Positions 38,403-54,081 of a stretch of DNA of 64,000 nucleotides are shown here, one piece after another. This DNA is from Peribolospora baueri (taxonomy: Eukaryota): assembly GCA_029717555.1 (NCBI GenBank), contig JAMDHS010000003.1, positions 434,001 through 498,000 of the forward strand, written 5' to 3'. Every line of letters starts with the position of its first letter. The first letter of the stretch is position 1. The translations under genes were made by a program, and so were the position numbers. The notes under the pieces are model-generated. The model did not search any database, was not told where the DNA came from, and was given only the letters and a program-made list of their open reading frames with translations.

Positions 38403-38810
38403 ACGAGATGATCAGAGAGGCGTGGTGACTAAATACGGAACATGGTTTTACATAGGCGGGCTTAACGATTGGGGTTCCTACGGGTGGACGAAGCGGGCAG
38501 TTGTTGAAGGTCTCCACCTCTCCTTTTCTTGTCCTTGGCACCCTTCTTCTATGTGAGAGGAAAGCTTTCTTCAAGCCTTGCAGTGCGAGGGCGTGCGTAC
38601 CCGGAGTAGATTCATTTGAAAGTGGAATATTGGGAAATGGGAAACATTCGGACGAAGAGTAAACTGAGAACGTGATAGACGTCATAAGCGAATGTTCATC
38701 TCTCTCCCCATTGACGCGCTGCCTTTCTTTCCTTCCTGTCTGTCAGCGACCGATTTGATGTCGTGTCGCGCTACGCTAGTGGAACCGACAGGACTGCTAA
38801 CATGTGCCGA

Positions 38811-41122
<2,312 letters not shown>

Positions 41123-41677
41123 TGCAGGGGTTGAACGCTGCACTTTTTACCCCATTCCTCAGTGTGAGAAATCGCAGGGGGTGCGGGGCTGCGGCAAGTG
41201 CAATGGACCAGGACCGACTAGGCTTCAGGTGGACAAGGTGGTAACCGAGCAAATTGGCCGACTGTGAGCTGGTAGATGGTGGTGTCTACATGGTGTTCCT
41301 CCTCACAGGGAGAACAGACGTTCCCATCCTCTATATATACGTTTCTCGAGAGGAATAGGCGCTCGGAGCGTGCACAAAGGGGTACGCCGAGAACAATAGA
41401 AGTGATCGACCGCCTAGGAAATAGACGGTCGTAAACGGGGTCGCGACACGGTGATCACACTCCCCTACCCTGACGACACTGGGAGCGGCACGTGATTCAA
41501 GAGCGGGAGAACGTGGCTAGAAGTGAGTGCGTGGGAATCTCGTCTCGCGGATGCGCTCGGTGCGCGCAACCGACCTTCTCGACTCGACCCGAAGGATCGA
41601 CGACATCTTGTACGAACGGCGAACTCGCAACTTTCGTTCACTCCCCTTGCTCCTCATCCTAGAGCTTCATACCAGGC

Positions 41678-42196
41678 ATGGCTCACCACCCTCGCTTCAA
41701 GCCGAATTGTGAGTGGCAAGCATTTGGAAGGGGCGGAGGAGTTGCGTGGACGAGCGAGACGGCGGACGAGTAGAGTAGTCTCGAAAGTCCAGGTGTTGGA
41801 TTAGTCGTCGTTCCGATACCCCGGTACTCACCAGCGCCTGCATTTCGCTTTTTCTCCTGGTCTCCTTTCCCTTCTCGACTTTTCCTATCCACTCCACCAG
41901 ACGGCCCGCTTCCTCAGTACAACCCCTCCGTCCTCTCCCGGTACGCCCCCACGGCTGCCCTCTGGGGAGTAGGCGTCGCTGCTGCAGTGACGCTGTTTGC
42001 CAGCTCCATCCCTCTCTTCCAGAAGGATGTTCTCGACAATATCCCGGTAGTGAGTGTTGGGAACTTTTTGCGCATTTTCGCTGAGTCCCGGGCCCTCCAT
42101 TTCCTTCCAATTTCACACTTGACCTCGTCTTTTTGCAAATCCCAGGTGCGAGGCTACTTCAAGGACACCACGCCTGACAGCGACAAGCCCTTCTGA
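41678..42196 (+). CDS. QCR10: Cytochrome b-c1 complex subunit 10 (3 exons)
   Basis: Reconstructed MAHHPRFKPNYG...PTAALWGVGVAAAVTLFASSIPLFQKDVLDNIPVRGYFKDTTPDSDKPF. Confidence 0.88.
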
Positions 42197-42471
42197 GCTC
42201 TGAGCTTCACTGCTTCACGTTTTGCCGGCGCTCACTTAGATCTGCCGCCCCCATCCTCTCGGCTCCTCTCTCCCACGTCATCTTGTCACATACGACGTAA
42301 CGAAGACTGGCTTGTCCATTTGTCAATTGCATCTGCAGTTAGAATCATTTTTCCACTGTCCCGTTCGCCAAAACTTTCTTATCCGTCCCTCTTCCCGCGA
42401 CAAACCGACTTAAAAAGTCCGTCCGCCACACAGGACGATTTCATGTCGTGTCGTATTCAGTTCCGTTCCGG

Positions 42472-43644
42472 TTACGCTGGCGTCTGCCAGTTCTGTAGCT
42501 CGCCGTCGAGTTCAGGATAGTACCTGAACAGGCCATTGCCGTACTTGCGCCTCCTCCCGCTGGACAAGTGCTTTGCGATCTTCTCCTCCGAGCCGACCGA
42601 TTCTTTGAGGGCGAACAAGTCTGGGTATTTGTCGGCCTTTTGAATTGAGGAGAGCAGGCGCGGGAAGGCGAATTGGAGGCCGTCGATGACCTGAGGATAG
42701 GTATAGATGGTTATGGTGTCAGGGTAGAAAAGGATGATATGGGGTCGACGAAGTCGGAGGCCGAATCAAAGGGAGAGGAGACGGTCAAGGCGAGTCGTAG
42801 CGAGCGGCGAGTAAGGATGGACAGAAAGAGAGTCGAACGCACCTGGAAGAGCGCGAGGTCGGCGGTCGTCGTGCTCGCCCCCACGAGCCTAGGCCTGTTC
42901 GGGTCCTTGTCCGGGTTGGACTGGATGACCAAGCTGAAGTATTTGAAGAATTTGGGGACGCGTTCGTTGCGGAACTGATCAGCGTTTCGCTTCGCCTCGG
43001 CTTTCTGGTCTTCGTAATAGAGCTGGACGGCGATGGGATGGTGGACCTGGTATGGATAAGGGGAAAAGGGGTGGAGTAACGAACGGAGTGTAGGTCGTCA
43101 GTGGATCTGACGCTCGAATGAAAGGAAGGAAGACTGTTTGATGGGGGCGAGTGCGTATGCACGCACGTCGTGTGCCTCGTTGGAAAGATCGAGGACGGTC
43201 AAGGTGAGCTGATTGACATGGGTACGCCTGAGCTCCCTCTGCGCGTCCGAGTCTCCCTCACGGTCGCCCACGAGGCCGAACTTGGGACCGATGAGAGCGA
43301 GGATGGCGGGCGTCTGGCTGACGGTCGCAGAGCCCTTGCCGGAAGGAGAGGGGAACTCGAGGACGGGCGGGGCAAAGTGGGGCGGGTGACCAACGACGTC
43401 GACGGACATGATGCGCGAGAGGAGCGAGGGCACGTCGTTGTTTTCCTTGTACGGCTCCCCGGCGGCCTCGAAACAGAGGCGGACGTACTCTCCCCTGCCG
43501 GGGATGGAGGGCCTATAATATCGCAGGCAGACAAGTCCGTGAGCGTCTCGGAGGGATCGCGAGCCAGCGACGACGACGATCGGCGCGAGGCAGCGGGCGA
43601 GGCACGCACCAGTAGTGAAGCGTCCAAGGGCCGTGCGCAGTCAT
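42472..43644 (-). CDS. Glutathione S-transferase (multi-exon)
   Basis: LHYWPSIPGRGEYVRLCFEAAG, FAPPVL, SQTPAIL, NEAHDVHHPI..LYYEDQK, TADLALFQVIDGLQFAFP, GLFRYYPELD. Confidence 0.9.
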
Positions 43645-43997
43645 GGTGGTGAACGGTTGCCGCGGCGTGAAGGCGAGAGGGAAGAGCGGGGTGGTGTGAC
43701 AACGAAGGAGGTGGTGGAGGAGCGTCGAGAGCGGAGCTGTCCAGGGCGGTCTAACGAGCATGGATATCTGTAAGCCAACTTCGAACGCTGGCGCCGTCGT
43801 CGCCGCCCTTTCATTCCCTCCCCCGCCAGCGAGGTGACTCGACGCCCCTGCCCCCGCATGGCGTCATCCAGAAAGGATGACTAAGCTACAGATTGATAAC
43901 ATTGGTCGCGGACGCGCTGGCGAAACCGATCAGGCGGCCGTCGTCGATCTTGCTGGCTGGCGTGGGTCATGGTCTGCGGCGTCGACGTCGCTAGGTC

Positions 43998-45260
43998 ATG
44001 GTCCGTCCTGGCTGCGTTCGGAAGCCGGCGTTTGTCATTGCTGGCTGCCGCGAGCGAGAGCGAACAGAACATGTCCTTATTTATGCCCATACGAACGCCC
44101 GTCTGCTGCTCTCACGCTCGAACCACCTCGTCCATCCCCCCAGCTCACTGGACAATCCTGTACAGCGAGCGAAGCGATCCTGTCTCAAGATGCCGCACAA
44201 ATCTTCGCGCCGCTACCAAAAGACACACGACACCAACGAGTCCTTCCTCGTACTCGGCCTTCCCATCTGCGCCAATGCGGACCCCACTACAAGGCCCTGG
44301 GTGCATCGCAGCCATCTGGGCGAAAAGAATAGTTACCCTGGGGTGGCAGGGTGGAAGGATACGACGAACACGATTCACAGCACCTGTGCGTCGCTGCGTC
44401 TCGTCGCTTCGCCTCACCTGACATGAACTGACCGTCGTCCAGTCGCCACTCCAACCCCCACACCTGTCCAAGCGCAGCTGACTTCAACTCTCTCGGCAAC
44501 ACCTCCTCTGCCAAAGGCGTCGACGCACCGAACCTCGGCCGCGCCCAGCGAGCCGCGCGCAGAGGCAAAGGGCGCGTGCCAATAGGCCCTCAGCAGGAGA
44601 TTGCACATACGTTGCCCGAGGACTTTATTATCGGCCCTATGAGGCCGGAGTGGAAGGGCGAAGAGTTTACGTGCGCCTTTTCCTCGTCAGGGACGACTGA
44701 AAGCGGTGGCGGAAAGGGGCCTGGCATTTATTCCCGATCTCCTCCTCCTCCTCTCCGTTTTTCCCCTTCTGACCTTTCAAAGCATTCCCAACGTTCACGC
44801 AAAGACGAAAGCCGGCGTTTCCGCACCTCGCTTTGCAGGCAGGGGTCCTCAGGAGGAAGTCCCCATGCCGTGCTACCCTCCGCTCCAATGGCATCCCGAG
44901 ACCTTTATCCCCGGCGACGAGCTTTCCACGTACGGTCCCGGTGGGGACGAGACCAGGGTCCAATTCTATGTTAGTCCCACTCGACCTCCTTTGCCGGTCG
45001 TATATGAGCTGAGTGAGTCTGGACGACCGACGTCTGACCCAGCACGCTGACGGGTCCCATCCCTTCCTGGCCTTCGCTCCCCTGTCTTCGCTCTTTCTTG
45101 CCCTCCCCCGCCCGCGCTTCAGTCCCACGACGAAGACCTGCCTGAACACCCGGCGCACGAAGCCATTGCCCCCAACGACCGCTACTACCGCCGAAGATCG
45201 AGGCTGTACATCCGGTGAGTTGCAATTGCCCTGCCTGTCTGCCTTTCAGCATCAGGGGGT
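43998..45260 (+). pseudogene. Possible decayed multi-exon gene of unknown family
   Basis: GT..CTGAC..AG introns at 44386-44442 and 44671-44782 keep one open frame from 44333 to 45012. There is an upstream in-frame TAG at 44330-44332 and a phase conflict at intron 45013-45122. Confidence 0.35.
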
Positions 45261-45888
45261 TGCCACCTAGCTCTGTAAACGAATCATGGGGAGAACGACG
45301 AGCACGTACATGTCTTTCCAACGTGAAAAAGCCGCTGTCCTTTCGTTGCATAGGCTGAGCATCTGAGAAACGGGGCGCCCTCGAGTCCCGCGACGACGAC
45401 GGCCGTGAGTGCCGTGCGACATTCATCCCTCCGTCATCCTTATATCCGCTTCGTACGCCTTGCTGCATTCCTTGGTTCCCGAAGCAAGACGGCGGCGTGT
45501 GAGCGACTCGTTTTCAACGTCTCGCTTGCATCCGTGTCCCGGCGAGACTGCGGCGCAGCTTCGGCCCCAGTTGCAAGGAACGGTCCGGTGGACGTCGCCG
45601 TCGCCGTCACCGTCACTGCACCGTCTCCCTCTCCGCACCCCTCACCATCTTCAGGTCAAGGACGTGTCTAGCGCATAGATGCCGCCTGGACCCGGACGAC
45701 AGTACGACTGACGAACTCCCACGATACCAACAGACAGGGAGTCGTTCGGCGCCGGACGCTGCTGGAACGAAGCGAGCGCAACGTGGGCCGGCCCAATTGA
45801 CCGATCGGACAGTGTTCCCGTCATTCCCTCTCTCGCTTGGCTTGCATTCAATCCAACGACCAACGACGAACAACTTAGACAAGGCGAG

Positions 45889-48800
45889 ATGAGCAGCAAC
45901 CCTCGGTCCCCAGCCTCTACTCCTACCCGCTATCCCGGAAACACTCGTCTTAAACGGCTTTCCCTCTCCACTTCGACCTCCGCATCCAACGTCTCTCCCC
46001 TCTATGACAAGGACCTTCCGGCCCTCGCGGTACAGGCGCCGGTGACGACTCTTGTGGCAGAAAACGGCGACATCGATGGGGCGCCGGAGAACGCAAACGG
46101 AAGTGTCGGTCCAGCTCACGGTCAGGGCGGTGTAGCCATCGAGCTCTCAGCCTCGATAAGCAGCGACAGCTTGCACCCAACTCGGGTGCTGGACAGTGCC
46201 ACGGTCAAGGATAGGGAACGGTATTGGGCATCAACAATGTCTGGGAGGGAAAGTCCTGTAACGAGGAAGGAGATCAGCTTTCCATACGACGGCATGCCCG
46301 ATTCTGCTACGTCCAGCCCGCTTTGGACATCCGCTTTGCCTTCTGCACGAGGCGACGAACAGGGTCAGTCAGCAGGGGCGTCGATGGCGGACGGAGGACA
46401 GACCGTCAGGAGTAGGAGGTCGCTTTCCCTTCTTGGAAATGATGGCCTCAGCGGCGGCGGCAGCGGCGTCTCGGAGCGAAGCGCAGGCGAGGAAGGAGCC
46501 GGTAACGACGGGTCGTTTGCCATTTCCCGCTCTCCCCTGGCTCGGAGGGATCCCAGGAAACGCATGTCCCTTGGATACGTGGCATCTCCCTCCTCTTCCT
46601 CCTTCAATCACTACAACCCAGACCGCTCCTCTGCGTCTCCCTCCGGCCTACCCTACTCACCTGCCGCCAACCACCACCACCCAGGTTCTCCCTTCGCCCG
46701 TCAGCAGTCTCAAACCGTTCCCCGTACGCCCACTGCGAATGGACGATCCATCTCCTACAACTCGACAGGAGGAGCCACTTCGGCGCCAGACACGCCGTTG
46801 ACGCGGTACACGACGTCCTTCGACCGCTCTGATGATGCCGGAGGCGAAGTGGATGCGCTGGCTGCCGTAAGTAGGACGCCTCCGTTGTCCTCTTCGATAT
46901 CTTCTTGGGGCAGCGGGCGGTCGTTGGCCGTCTCGGCGTCCAAGGACGGCGGTGAGATGAACGGAGACGGGGAAGGCTCGACGGCCAGGCCGTCTTCTGT
47001 TTCGACGTCCATGGACAGGCATATGGAGCTCTTGGGCTTAATGGCTGGTAAGGAGAGAAAGTGCTTGGATCTGAGAGAAGGTGAGCCCCACTTTTTTCTT
47101 TCCCGAGCTCCGTCTGACTTTTTTCAGAGGTCGTAAGGAGAAGACGGCTTGTTTTAGATACCAATAGCTTCCTTTTCTGTTTCCTCAATATACAGAGCTG
47201 AAGAGAGAAGAAGCAGAACTGGCGGCTCTTAAGGAAGAATGGCATTCCATCGTTTCCTCCTCCCTCGCTCCTTCTGCCGGCTCCCATCCTTCTTTGAACC
47301 CCCCTGGCGACGGCGGCGCGATCGACTCGGAGAGTTCAAGGTCGACGGCGACAGGCGGCCCGATCTCATCGTCGCCTTCCGTCACGGGTAGTCGCCCCAA
47401 CCCTTTCGAAGCACTGGCTTCCTTCGTGGCCACTTCCGACGGTTCAAAAGATGACTCGTCGAGTGGAAGAGGAAGCGGGGACTGGAAACAACTCCTGGCT
47501 GCGAGGCTTCCCGCTGGCGTGGGAGGCCAGGTTGGCGCCTTCTTGGAGGGACTGGCGCAGGGTGCCAGAGGCGGAGGACCATCAGAGGGGGCGAAGCCAA
47601 AGGAGAAGGGCAAAGAGAGGGAGGGGTCGGTTTCGAGCGGCGCGGGCGGGACGCTTGGTGCGATTGGAGAGGAGGACGAGGAAGGCTCACCTCGTGTGCC
47701 CAGGAAGGATATGGATCGGCCAGCGGCCGCAGGAGGGTCGAGCATCATGACAGCGTTGGCCAAAGTAGACACTTTGGTCATTGTTGCAGGCGACGATAAA
47801 ACGGAAGAGAGCGGACCTCCAGTTCCTCCTGAACCCTCTCCCTCTCCGCCTCCCCCTTCCACTCCTTACCCCACAACGAGACGCCCCAAGGCAGAAGACA
47901 AGGATCTCCTCCGCGCATTTGGCCTCAGCGACAGCCCCATTAGCTCCCCTGAGACGGTCGTTCGAGCGCTCGGCACGGAGGATGGAGAAGAGGAGGAGAA
48001 AGAGACTCTTGCCGAGCCGAAAGAAGAGACGAGTGGAGCTGGTGCCGCGGAGGCGGAAGCGGAGGAGACGAGTGGGTCGATCGCACAAGATCGTCGAGCG
48101 TCCATGATCTCGAGCACGACGGAGGGCAGCTCCAGGCCCACCTCTTTCACATCGACCGCTTCATCCACCGCCCCATCCGATTCGACCGTCCCGTCCCCTT
48201 CTACATCTCCTCAACAGCTTCAGAAACAGACGAGACAGGAAAGCCGGACCGACGCACAGGCGCCTCAGTTCGCCAAAGCGCTTGCCGCCAATGCGGGCAG
48301 GGGCAAGGAGACCACGCCGGTCAAGTCGACTGTGCCGAAACATGCCAAGCGCAGGTCGCTCTTCGACGTGTTGTCTCCGGCGCCTTTCGCGACGTCGTTC
48401 TCGTTCGGGTCAGCGGATGCTGCGTCCAACCGGGGGGTTGGACGCACGAGCGTTGACGGCGCTGGACCAGAGGCCTCGGAGAACACACCGCCGGCGAAGG
48501 TTGTGTCCTCGAACTTTGGTCTATTGTCGGAAATGCGCAAGGCAGGTGAGGACGGCTGGTCGAACTGGTCGAAGCGTCTCGCGTCGAGCGAGACGTTCAA
48601 GGCTGGGCAAAAACTCTTGAGCAAGGCGGAGCAGCGCGTCATCGAGGCCATTACTGTCGACGTGGAGGAAACGTGGAACAGCACAGGTTCCAGCAGTAGC
48701 GCCGCTGCCAGAGCGAGGCAGCACCATCACCAGCAGCAGCAGCAGCAGCAGCATGTGTCTGGGCAATCGAAACCGAGGACGGTCGACCAGCGTAGGAGCG

Positions 48801-49402
48801 CGACCAGCGCCGGCGGATATCGAGAGCCGTCAAGTCCTAGTTCGCTTTCCGCTAATGTCGGCAGCCTCGGCGGTGCTGGCGGCCGACGGACGTCGTCCTC
48901 TTCTTCGACCGCGGGAAAGATGGAAGCCGAGGGTCCTGAGGCCGATACAAATCAACAACAGCAGCGAGGTCGATTGGCGCCTTCGTCCGCACTGGCACCG
49001 TCGTCGTCATCGCAAGCGCAACGTCGGAGTTCGTCTACCCACTCTTCTTCCGCCTCTCCCTCCTCCGCTCGTTCCCGCTCCCCCACCGAAGCCACGATGT
49101 TGGCCCCAGGAGCGCCACCCGGCTCAGCGCGCTCGACCGGAAGTGCCAAATCCCCGATGACGGGGTGGGAATGGGACGAAAGCGACGCATGGAAGGAGGA
49201 GGAGCTAAAGCAGATTGCGACGGCTAGGAAGAAGACTGGTGGCAAGGGCTTGCGGTCAAGTTGGAGTGGCGGTAATGCTGGCGGAGGTGTGGGTACTGGA
49301 GTAGACGAGGTGAGAAAGGCGGCTGGCCCGCCTGGTGCTGTGGAGGGGAGGAGGAGGAGTAGGGCTGCGGTAGACAAAGCGCTCGGGAAGGAGTCGAGAT
49401 AA
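45889..49402 (+). CDS. Low-complexity protein with a DUF4048/Tda11-like coiled coil (2 exons)
   Basis: Two long ORFs joined by one intron. The junction reads LMAGKERKCLDLREELKREEAELAALKEEW. Confidence 0.7.
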
Positions 49403-49969
49403 GATGGGGGCGGCACTCGACTTGTGTCCCCCCTAGCTATGGACTGCTTCTACGTGACCATTCTTCTTCCTCCGCTTCAGGTCATTCTCGCTTCATATCG
49501 AGCAACTCTTTCTGCCTTCCGCATCTCACCGTGCGTCTTGCGCTGTGCGCCGCACGACCGCAGCGAGCCAGCCTTTCTCTCCTTCTTGCTGCACGCAGTG
49601 TCGTTTTTTGCTTTTGTGATTCGTTCCCATCATCATGATCAACGTGTCTCGTCTCGTATTACTTGCGCATTTTCGCCCCCTTTGGATTCGCCGAGGGATC
49701 TCCTAGAGAGGATGAGCCGTGGGCACGTTCTAAAAAAACTATTTCTTTTGTTCGTGCTGCATTTATTCGCTCCGAGCGAGCGAAGTCGAGTCTAGCGCGA
49801 ACCCGGCGTACGTCTTCACAAAGGCACAGATCGAATCGATCCAAGAGAGAAGCAGAACATCAGGGCTGCTATCGCAGCTTTTGATTGCAGACGTGGAAAA
49901 GGAGTGGAGACTGCTGCAAGGACTCCCGACCCAGCGAGAGCCGCTCCTGGTCGCGCGATTCTCAATCGA

Positions 49970-51176
49970 TCAACGACTGACTTTAGGCAACCAACGCACG
50001 ACGGCCGTGGCCTTCCCGCTGACGTAGGTGTAGACGTACCATCCGTACGAGCAAGCTTGGGACGCTGTGAAGACGATGTGATCTGCAGGGTACGTCCGAG
50101 GAGCGTGAGAGGATCGCGTGAAAAGACGGGTCGGCGACGTTCAGCGTGATGACGTCCTGGGTCATCTCCTCGTCGTCACGCCGTCTGCCGAACCTTCCGG
50201 CTAGAATTCCAAAACCTCATCCCGTAGCTGCGTGGAGAGAGCTGGAGTCCAGCATCGTCCAAGAAGGTACTCACGACGGACCCAATCACAGGGAAGGCAC
50301 TCAGGAAGACCAGGGGAACGGATCCGAACCATATGACGACAGGGAGCCAACGAGAAATAGACTTGGCTTGACGGAACTGCTTGCCGAACTGTGCGCGGCG
50401 GCGGAGTGGGCGAGGGCATCAAGCGAGAGCGTGTGCGATGTGGGGCTCAGTGAAGCCAGAAGGAAGAATGGAGCGTAGTTGAGCTCGCGCAGAAGATACG
50501 TCGAACACTTACTCCGGCTAAAAATCCGGTTGCGACGGTATACAGAGCGAGTCCAACGAGATAAAAAGCTGGGCACAGGTGGAGGGGAGAAGCATTGAAA
50601 GGGAGCAGATGCGACAACCGTAGAGTGGTGAGAGTTTCAGCGCTCTTTCCCGTGCAGATGACGCGTCCAGTTCGCTTACTGGTGAACAGTCCGAGGATCG
50701 ACGCCCACGCAAAGACGACGGACAAGATAGTCGAGCAAGAAGCGGCGGCGGCTCTGAAATCAGGAAAAGATAAAAAATTAGCAACGACAATAAAATGAGG
50801 CGGTTACTTAGAGTTCTAGTCAGACATGGCGACAGATCCCCTCTGTCCAAGTGGACTTGACACCACGTCGTCAAAGTCTGGGGGACCACAGCGGCAACAA
50901 AATTTCGACGTACATGACACCAAAGCCCTTGGCTCTTCCGCTGTTGCTGAGGCCCAGCCAGCTGTAGGCACACTTTTCATCGCCAAAAGAGATCTCATTG
51001 GCCTCTCCGCCTCTGACGCTGCCCTTCTCGATGTCATTTTCGAGGTCGGAGGCTGTATAAGCCGGGGTGCCGCCGTCGAAAGTGCGAGAGGAGGCGTAAT
51101 GAGAATGCCAGTTCTCCGAGGAAACGCCGCGGGCAAGCAAGGGGTTTGGTCGGAAGGCGACTCTGAGCGAATGCAT
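49970..51176 (-). CDS. Divergent Got1/Sft2-family paralog (possibly damaged last exon)
   Basis: Spliced product reads AYSWLGLSNSGRAKGFGV...FYLVGLALYTVATGFLAGFGKQFRQ...IVFTASQACSYGWYVYTYV. It aligns to the neighbouring SFT2 and shares intron positions. Confidence 0.7.
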
Positions 51177-52341
51177 GCTGGGCGAATTACAGCATTCGTG
51201 CTGGTTGCGGAAGCGAGTCGCTCAGTGTGCGTGGGTGTGGAGGTGGAACAGCAGGGAGGAATGGACAATGAACGAACGAGTGCGCATCCACGATAGGGAA
51301 AACAAGAAACAAACATAAAAGTCAGACGAGTCCAAGTCCTTGTGACCTGCGCAAGGTAGAGGGAGTAGGAGAAGAGGAAGAAAGAAAGTGCGTCGAGGAG
51401 GGAAAATCTCGAACGCGAGGTACCGGGGGCAGGGAGGTACCGGGGGCAGGGGATCTTGAAATATACCGTCTCGAAGGCACGTAAGAAAGATAGGCACTGG
51501 GGCTGATCCTGATCCTACCTCTACTAGCCTAGATTCGTCCTGACTCAGGACGACTCAACCGCATTAGCCGAGAATCCGCGACGGCTGTTGCCTGGTCTGA
51601 ACATGGTACTGTGGGGAAACAAACGGACTAAACATGTAGATGCAGTAGAAAAACCTACAATCTCAGTTCAACTGCATATGTATAGACTCTGGTAATACGG
51701 CTGACGACGGAGGTTGAATGTGAAGGATGGTCAGTTATACGAGCTTGCCCGCAAGAGACGTCAACCGGTGAGACTTGGTAACCGTCCAATAACATCAACA
51801 TGGGAACGGCGTGGCAAGGAAAACCACTCAAGCTGGCATAAAGCCCCAAGAATGCCGTCAGCCATAGAATCGACATGTGATCATCCTAACCAGACTCTGC
51901 TCTTTTGCCACGCCGTTTGTTGCCCATGACGACGGCGAGAGAAGGGCGAGCTGAACCTGTGAGACCCTGAAGTTAGAGGTTGAAAATCAGTACTTGGGGA
52001 GTCTACACCAGTGTGTGCTCCTTGTCACTCGCGGGGGAGAGAAAGAGGTGGTGTTGACCGAAAGACTTGCCGAGGTCAAAGGAGGCCATTCATTGTCGTT
52101 CCCCAACGCGGCCCTCGAGAAGCATCGCGACACCGCCCCGGAGCACTGCGGCAAGATCCGTCACCCATCCAGCAACAGTCAGTCGCCAGGCGTTGTGTCA
52201 GAAACGACAACAACCGAGCCTCCTTCATCAGCACGACAGGTCACTCGCCTAGTGTTCACGCAGAGTAATCGCTTCTTGGAGAGGCTATTGGCTAATTGAG
52301 ACAGGAACGGGAAAAAGGGCGGAAACAGGACAGCCAGTAAG

Positions 52342-53535
52342 ATGTCGGGACGATGGTGAGTGAACTTTCGAGTTGCATGTGCATATCATCGTTGCGGTCA
52401 CCAAAGAGGATTGCATACCATTTGAAGGGCATGGGATATGCCATATGACGCTCATCGCACTTTGTCCTCGCCTTGATACAGGCTTAACATCGACACGAAT
52501 GCGATCAAGAACGTCAACTCGGAGCTGACCGAGGACAGCTCCCAGTTTGATTTCTTGCAGCTTAGTCGACAGCAGCGCCTGATAGGATTTGCTGGCTGGT
52601 AAGCCGACGGATTGGATGGTAGACTGAATTGGCAGCAATGTGATGGCTGCCAGTCGAAAAATGACGTATACGTGCCGTTCTTCCCTTTCTTTGCTCCTAC
52701 TCTGCGCTTTTCTTTACGTTCTTTTCAACTGGACAGCTTCATCGGCGGCTTCGTCATCTCCCTTCTTGGATCGATTCTTCTCTTTACGGGTAACCTCGCT
52801 CTTTTCGCAGGTGAGCTCTGAGGATTCTGGACTACTCCGGACGGGGACTCGATTGTGACCGAGTCGTGATGAGCGCACATGCTTACTAGCAACTCTAACG
52901 GTTTGGTATAGTGCTTTACTCGGTCGGCGTTGTCGTCTCGCTCGTTGGAACGGGCTTCCTCCTCGGCGTGAGTTGAACTCTACGTGTTACCTGTTATCAC
53001 ACGTCCGTTTGTGCTTGTGGACGTATGTATGCGTGCATGGTAGTCAAGCTGAACGTTTCTCTATTTTGCCATCGCGTCTTGGCCTACCTTTCCTCCCCGT
53101 CGCCAGTTCGTCCGCCAATTCAAGCAGATGTTCAACCCAGTCCGACTAGTGGCGACGTGCATCTTCCTAGCCGCGATGGTGATGGTCTTCGTGAGCGCAT
53201 TTGCGCTCCGCATCGACGTGAGTGCTCCGTGTCAAACAAGCGACACCTTTGCCGGCCATGTCCAGCGGAAACGTTGCGACGCACGGCCTTGATTGCCTGA
53301 CGTGCCTTGTTCCTCCTTCACCAGGCCCTGGCCATCGTCTTCTGCATTATCGAGTACCTTGCCTTCCTCTGGTATTGCCTTTCATATATCCCTTACGCAA
53401 GGTGAGTGTCCGTCCAAACTTTTCTTCCGCCAAGAGTGTCTCTCGCTGTCTGTCTCACCGAGGCCTTCGCCCTGTCCTTCGGACTGATCGATCAACAGGG
53501 CGGCAGCCAAAAAGTTGTTTGGCAACCTCTTCTGA
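52342..53535 (+). CDS. SFT2: Got1/Sft2-family vesicle transport protein (multi-exon)
   Basis: FDFLQLSRQQRLIGFAGC, FAVLYSVG..SLVGTGFLLGFVRQFKQMFNPVRLVAT, YLAFLWYCLSYIPYAR. Confidence 0.9.
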
Positions 53536-54081
53536 GTTTTGACCGAAGGAGTCAAAAGGGTTTTTTTGTCCGTCGCAGCTTAGCTCGTCAGCGCCGTCTT
53601 CCATTTCGGAGTCTTTGCCCGTCCACACGACGTGCTGCGACTCCTACTTCCTGCGCCCGTCCATCTTTCCGATCTCGCTATCGACTTCGGTTTCGTGCTC
53701 TCCTTCCGGTTTTTCTGTACTTGTCACGGTCTAATAAAGTCTGGGCTTGGTTGTGCAATGTCCTCTTTTCTTGTCCTTAGCAAAGAGTCCAATGACCTCG
53801 AGTGGCCGGACGGACGACAGCGTTATGGCTCGACCACTCGTTCGTTCGGGGCCAGGCCTTTTGTTCGGCCGGTCCGCCCGATGAATCCCTTTCGCTCAGG
53901 ACCTGTTACGCCAACCAATTCCACGCCTACCGATCGTGCCTGGATCGGCGATGCGATGATGATGGAGACAGCGTTGCGACGAGCGGCGGTTGCCATTGCA
54001 ATGCGAGTATAGGATAAGGAAGAAAACAAAAGACAGCGAGCTCGAGCTCGCGACTCGTCTAAAGCGTAGGTGGCCGCCCCG

